A stretch of DNA of 64,000 nt, from contig OZ024740.1 in the NCBI GenBank assembly GCA_964016885.1, positions 178,932,001-178,996,000 of the forward strand, in the 5' to 3' direction. The position numbers and the translations under genes were made by a program. How positions within the stretch are numbered: the stretch's first letter is position 1; each line of letters opens with the position of its first letter. This document shows positions 57,290 through 64,000 of the stretch, piece by piece. The stretch is from Eledone cirrhosa (Eukaryota). The notes below the pieces were generated by a model. It was not told where the DNA came from and searched no databases. It saw only the letters and a list, made by a program, of their open reading frames with translations.

Positions 57290-58525
57290 AAAATATAAAT
57301 ATTTACACATACACCAATTAAACAAAGTCACAGGTATATATGTGTTTTTGCAACTTTTCACGATGTGGCTTAATGGAGAATTAATAAATTAATCACAGCG
57401 AAATACTATAGGGTAAAGCATGTCCAGAGAATTATTTGATAATATATATACATCTCTACTCGCAATCAGCATAATTAATCAGAGCGAAATACTATAGAGT
57501 AAAGCATGTCCAGAGAATTATTTGATAATATATATACATCTCTACTCGCAATCAGCATAATTAATCAGAGCGAAATACTATAGAGTAAAGCATGTCCAGA
57601 GAATTATTTGATAATATATATACATCTCTACTAAAATCAGCATAATTAACCACACAAAAAATCAATTAGACCAGACTATAAGAATAAAAGGCATCTATGA
57701 AGAAACATTAAATAAATACGCCACCGTGGCGTCTTCGCGTGCAACCGCTATAGAATATTTACCGAACATTTCAACAGCACGTGGAAATTAATTAAATACA
57801 CGGTCAACCATACATAATTAGGTAAACATTAGTGTTAGAAATGCTTATATACATACCAGGACTAAATCACTAAATCACGACCCTTTGGTTTCGCTCACCT
57901 TTGAGATACCTTATTTAAGGTTCTTACTCGAGTTTTAGAGCTCTTCAGGGGATAAACTCACTAGGACATATTATTTTCTGAAGTGGCCCCCGCCAAAAAC
58001 GAATTCAAAATGGTTGAAAACTGTGACGTGGCAGTGCTCAAGTTAGGAAGGGTGTGATTGGTTGCTTACGGCGAGTGGGTTGGTTGCTAGAAAGCGCAGC
58101 CCAATATCGCCCAAATGTTTATCTCAAACTTATGGGAGATTATTAAATATAAATATAAATATTTACACATACACCAATTAAACAAAGTCACAGGTATATA
58201 TGTGTTTTTGCAACTTTTCACGATGTGGCTCAATGGAGAATTAATAAATTAATCAGAGCGAAATACTATAGAGTAAAGCATGTCCAGAGAATTATTTGAT
58301 AATGTATATACATCATCTCTACTCGCAATCAGCATAATTATCCATACAAAAAAAATCAATTAGACCAGGCTATAAGAATAAAAGGCATCTATGAAGAAAG
58401 AGTAAATAAATACGCTATCGTGGCGTCTTCGCGTGCAACCGTTGTGGTTAATTATGTTGATTGGGAGTAGAGATGATGTATATATATTATCAAATAATTC
58501 TATGGACATGCTTTACTCTATAGTA
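57290..58525. mobile_element. HHR family B, second locus: tandem arm with an internal 86-bp triplication plus a short inverted arm (58442-58525)
   Basis: ATTTACACATACACC at 57301 and 58161. AATCA(G)AGCGAAATAC at 57391, 57477 and 57563. Confidence 0.88.
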
Positions 58526-58533
58526 TATATATA

Positions 58534-58712
58534 TATAAAACGAAAAATCAGTGATGCATCTGGACTCAATTTATTGTGCGTAACAATTGTAACAATAAAT
58601 TGAGTCCAGATGCATCACTGATTTTTCGTTTTATATTATATCACACTCTGCTCTGTAAGAACATAGGGTGCTCAACCGGCATGCCGCCTATGGAAGCATC
58701 ATAGCTACCATC
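58534..58712. mobile_element. Hairpin with perfect 44-bp arms and a one-sided tail (PLE-type micro-insertion)
   Basis: Arms about 58534-58577 and 58592-58636. The tail is homologous to 12841-12920 (reverse complement). Confidence 0.75.
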
Positions 58713-58722
58713 AAACACACAC

Positions 58723-58818
<96 letters not shown>

Positions 58819-59655
58819 TTCATGTATATACGTATGTATGTGTGTATATATATATATATATATAAATATATATATACACAGAAAAATCCACGGTTAGTTG
58901 TGGGGTCTAGTCTGCATGAAGAACTCAATGTAATCCATATGTTGAAAATGTTGTAGGTTAAAATGAATCCCGGAAAACAAAACATCGAAAGGAAAACAGA
59001 GTCATGATATAAGTTAAAACAATGAAATAAATATTCAAGTCATTAGGAATATACTTCACTGCTTTACGATCGTTTCGAGGTGATAATAATACATCGTACG
59101 CATATTTCGTTATCGATCTATGTAAGGTTAGTTACAAAATATCAAATAAGGAATATACGTGTATATATGTGTATATCGTCAGCCGTTGTCAAAAGCAATG
59201 AAAATTTAATTTAAAATCAATAGTAAATTGAGTTCTATGACCTTATTTGGAGGTAGCTGAAGAACAAACCAATCAAATGGTGTTTTGCCATATTATGTTA
59301 GGACGAAATATAACTCACTTTAGTTAAGGTCATGACCTTTTGAAAGAAATGGTTGAATGGTGTTAAAAATAGAATTACTATGAAAACCTATGAAGAAAGA
59401 GGATTGTTGTATTGATAGTGGAATGTAGATGGTGGAGTGAAGTTTAAAAAGAGATGTAAAAATTATATGTTGAGTTGTGTTGTATGGAGATTTTAGGTGA
59501 ATATAACTAAAGAAATATAAAATATACGGAAATAACTAGGATAAATATAGGTAGGTAAAATAATGGCATAACTAGGAAGGATAGTATATTAAAAGATGAA
59601 AATTATAATAAGATAATAAAATACAATAATATAATAATATAATATAATGTAATAT

Positions 59656-59833
59656 AATTGTTTCTACTTTGGGCACAAGGCTAGTGTATTACTGGTACTT
59701 TATTTTATCGACCCCGTAAGGATGAATCGCAAAGTTAACCTCGGCGGGATTTGAACTCAGAATGGAAAGGGCTGTAACTCTTTGTGTCAAAGCATGGTGT
59801 CCGACCCTCTACCGATACTGTCAATCCACCGCC
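59656..59833 (-). mobile_element. SINE S1 in the left arm
   Basis: TSD TATAATATAATGTAATATAAT. Confidence 0.9.
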
Positions 59834-60095
59834 TTATATAATATAATGTAATATAATATAGTGCATTATGGTACATTGTATATAATATAGTGTATGATGT
59901 ATCATAAAATATAAAATAGTAAATATTTTCAAGTGGGTCTATGTATAAGTAATCAATCCCAGATAAATGCATGTTGACATATAGCCAAAACGTATAATTT
60001 TCTTAGATCACAAAAGTACATATACTCTCATATATAGATAGAGGTAATTACATAGAAACTCTATTAAAAACATACATACGCATACATAGATATAT

Positions 60096-60506
60096 GGGGG
60101 CTGCCAACTCGTTTTCGAGTACGGCCACTACTTTATATCCATTTAGGAGAACCCCTACCGATGCGCTAAACAAGTGTGACTTTTTAGTTCAGCCAACGAC
60201 TTGAAAACTCTGGTACAAACACTACACCTGTGACAATTACTGACACATAGTGCTGGGCCCATGGCACCATGTGACGACAAGTGCAGAGAGATCTCCAGAT
60301 ATAAAGCAATGCCTGTGCCGTGAAGCTTTTATAGTGAACAAAGGCACTGCACAAAGCCAGTCCCACTCTCTTAACCAAGATGATATTTACCAAAAAGAAG
60401 AACAAGTCAACATCATTGGATACCATCAGGGTTGCAGGTGTTATATCAGAGTTTTCCTTCTCCTAGAATTCTGCCTTGACAAAGGCTAAGGGGTCATCTC
60501 TCCCGA
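60096..60506 (-). mobile_element. RTE-derived family 1 insertion with 12-bp TSD
   Basis: ACATAGATATAT at 60084-60095 and 60507-60518. Absent from the right arm. Confidence 0.9.
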
Positions 60507-60586
60507 ACATAGATATATACATACACATATACATACATAAACGCACACATACATACATATATACACACATATACATACACAAACAT

Positions 60587-60641
<55 letters not shown>

Positions 60642-60995
60642 CATATTCTCTTATCATACATACATAGATACATGTATACCCATGCAATTACAGGTGGTTA
60701 TGTACCTTGATGCCCTTAGTCAGTAAAGCATGAATCAATGGAAGCTAAAAAAATTAAAAGGTTAAAAAATTAACAGGAAGGCGTATAAATTAGGAGTAGG
60801 GGATACTAATAAAACGGTACGTCACATAGAACTATAGTGAGCTGCTATTTAGAATGTTAAATTAGGTTTATAGTACTTAAATGTTTTTCGTATATGGTGA
60901 TTACAAGCTATAATCAGTTCTTGTCTTTTATTCAATAAATCGTCCTTAGATTTAGTAATTTCCAAGATCTCTCCGAAACATAATCTGCATTCTCT

Positions 60996-62766
60996 AGAAA
61001 AACCTTACTAAACTTCCAAGAATAACAGTGGACAAGAAACACATATAACAACTCATTCGATATAACGATGGGATCCATGGACTCTGCTCAAGTTACAGAC
61101 CTCGTTGGACTATTTCTCCTCTATAACATTCATACAACTTTTCCCCACCTCAAACGTGGTCTTCATCGGGATGATTGTCTATTGATATCTAACAATATTA
61201 GCAATTCTAATATAGAGAAAAACAAAAAAATAATTTGAAAATTCCTCAAGGACTATTACAACCTTAATATCACCTTTGAAAACACCTCAAAAGTAGCTAA
61301 CTTCCTTGACATTACCTTAGACCTCTCTACGAATATTTATCAACCTTACCACAAACCCAACCAGAATCTACACTATGTACATTCACGTTCTAACCACCCT
61401 GGTTCTATACTCAAAAACTTAGTATATAACATATATCTTAGACTTTCTAAATTATCTTCCAATGAGGATATATTTTATAAAAATGCACCCTTCTACAACG
61501 AGGCCCTAACTAGAAGTGGATATAAAGAAAAAATTTCATATATCCCCAACACTACTATGGACCATACTACAAAACCTAGCAAAAACTATAAACACCAAAA
61601 TATACCATCGAAACAAATGCCTAATGGGGTCATTCCTATCACACCAAACAACCGAAAAACCACAACAACTATTACTACACGATCTATGACCAATGTTAAC
61701 AACTCACATATGACTACCAAGGATTCAACCTCTCATAATCCACCCAATAATAACACCAAATACAACCCCGCAATTTACCAAATTCCACAAATACAGATAC
61801 TAACCATAGGAATTCTTCTAGAACACAGCACATTAATATAAATGAGAATAAGAACTTAACTAAAAACCGCAAAAGAAATATAACATGGTACAAAGCACCC
61901 TTCAACCTGCAAAGTATTGGGCAAATCCCCCCAAAATTCTTTGAAATTCTACATAAACATTTTCCACCAAACCACAGATACCACCAAATATTTATCAGAT
62001 ATACTGTTAAATTCTCATACTCTACATCAAACAATCACCAACAGAAAATAAGCAGCTACAACATTTATAAATTTAAAAATAATATGACCACACCACCACA
62101 ACATAATTCAAATAAGACTGCACTTTTTAAAAGGACAATTAATACAATTCTTCAACCTGGAAAACACAACCACCCAAATTACCAACACAAAATCACAATA
62201 TAACCCTAGCACTAAATCACCCACAAAGCAGCACTCATTCTCTCTCTAACACTAATTACAATAACAATAGCTCCAGGATTAATGAGAATTATGTAGGTAC
62301 CTCCAACAACCATCTTACGTATGGTTGTAATTGCAGAAATAGAAGCGTTAATAGAAGCCCCTTAAATGGCAACTGTTTGATTAATAATGTAATATATAAA
62401 TGCACTGTGTCTACTACTGACTCCAACAAATCGTATATAGGATCTACATCGAACACATTTAAGAAAAGATATTACGCACACTCCAGTAGCTTTAATAATA
62501 CTAAACTAGCTAACACCAGATCTTTAGCTGAAGAAGTAAATAACTATAAAAAGAAAAAAATAGATTTCAAGCTATCGTGGGATACCATTCTACAAAGAAC
62601 TTTATATCTTGGGAACAGGAGAGAATGCAGATTATGTTCCGGAGAGATCTTGGAAATTACTAAATCTAAGGACGATTTATTGAATAAAAGACAAGAACTG
62701 ATTATAGCTTGTAATCACCGTATACGAAAAACATTTAAGTACTATAAACCTAATTTAACATTCTAA
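60996..62766 (+). pseudogene. 5'-truncated Penelope-like element: RT plus C-terminal GIY-YIG endonuclease, with a few stops and frameshifts
   Basis: FDITMGSMDSAQVTDLVGLFLL..GLHRDDCL, ANFLDITLDL, YVHSRSNHP, LRLSKLSSNE, CNCRN..PLNGNC..VIYKC..SYIGST..FKKRYYAH..CRLC..E..LLNKRQELIIACNH. Confidence 0.93.
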
Positions 62767-62938
62767 ATAGCAGCTCACTATAGTTCTGTGTGTACCTTTT
62801 TGTTAGTATCCCCTTCTCCTAATTATACGCCTTCCTGTTAATTTGTTAGCCTTTTAATTTTTTTAGCTTCCATTCATTCATGCGTTACTGACTAAGGGCA
62901 TCAAGCTACATAACCACCTGTAATTGCATGGTAACAGA

Positions 62939-62996
<58 letters not shown>

Positions 62997-63409
62997 ATAT
63001 GTGTATGTATGTGTGTGTATGTGTATGTACATGTATGTGTGTGTATGTATATATATATATATATATATATGTATGTTTGTGTATGTATATGTGTGTATAT
63101 ATGTATGTATGTGTGCGTTTATGTATGTATATGTGTATGTATATATCTATGTATGCGTATGTATGTTTTTAATAGTTTCTATGTAATTATGCCTCTATCT
63201 ATATATGATAGTATATGTACTTTTGTGATCTAAGAAAATTATACGTGTTGGCTATATGTCAACATGCATTTATCTGGGATTGATTACTTATACATAGACC
63301 CACTTGAAAATATTTACTATTTTATATTTTATGATACATCATACGCTATACTATACTATATACAATGTACCATAATGCACTATATTATATCGCATTATAT
63401 TATATTATA

Positions 63410-63600
63410 GGACGGTGGATTGGCAGTATCGGTAGAGGGTCGGACGCCATGCTTTGAAGCATAGAGTTAAGTCCCTTTACGATCTGAGTTCAAATCCCGC
63501 CGAGGTTGACTTTGCCTTTCATCCTTACGGGGTCGATAAAATAAAGTACCAGTAATGCACTGGGTAATTGATGGCCTTGTGCCTAGAGTAGAAACAATTA
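63410..63600 (+). mobile_element. SINE S1 in the right arm
   Basis: Full-length copy, from a different subfamily than 59656-59833. Confidence 0.9.
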
Positions 63601-64000
63601 TATTATATTATTATATTATTATATTTTATTATCTTATTATAATTTTCATCTTTTAATATACTATCCTTCCTAGTTATGACCATTACTTTACCTATCTATA
63701 TTTATCTTAATTATTTCCGTATATTTTATATTTCTTCATTTATATTCACCTAAAAACTCCATACAAAACACAACTCAACATAATTTTTACATCCCTTTTT
63801 AAACTTCACTCCACCATCTACATTCCACTATCAATACAACAATCCCTTTTTTTCATAGGTTCTTCATAGTAATTCTATTTTTAACACCATTCAACCATTC
63901 CTTTCAAAAGATCATGACCTTAACTAAAGTGAGATATATTTCGTCCTAACATCATATGGCAAAACACCATTTCATTGGTTTGTTCTTCAGCTACCTCCAA

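Larger units (their letters stand above)
59247..64000. repeat. Large inverted repeat: arm 59247-60995 mirrors 62620-64000 and runs off the window end
   Basis: The last 40 nt of the window are the reverse complement of 59247-59286 with one mismatch. The arms are collinear apart from TE inserts. Confidence 0.92.

Noticed and set aside
62884-62935. HHR directly after the PLE ORF (CTGACTA..GTAA)
   Set aside because: Both core halves are non-canonical and no convincing stems form.

Overview
AT-rich, microsatellite-dense eukaryotic DNA with no recognisable host gene. The SINE and LINE repertoire resembles that of octopod cephalopods (inferred, not verified). Nearly all long ORFs in the track are microsatellite translations. 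The real coding remnants are all transposable elements: Dong/R4-type RLE retrotransposons in (TAA)n and (CATA)n, RTE and L1/Tx1 fragments, a maT/Tc1-mariner remnant, Helitron pieces, and two Penelope-like elements (PLE; RT plus C-terminal GIY-YIG). The main result is a set of about 10 mutually unrelated non-coding element families embedded in (TA)n tracts. Most carry type I hammerhead-ribozyme (HHR) motifs and occur as head-to-tail tandems and/or tail-out inverted pairs in which only one arm keeps a 3' extension (the 'tail'). In about eight families the tail begins with the same module: a TATA-like tract followed by a covarying bulged hairpin, RYUC-UG...CA-UW-GARY. In the inverted pairs this module sits right where the short arm meets (TA)n. 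It is a candidate shared cis-element for PLE-driven, retrozyme-like mobilisation. All structures were read by eye and none was computed.
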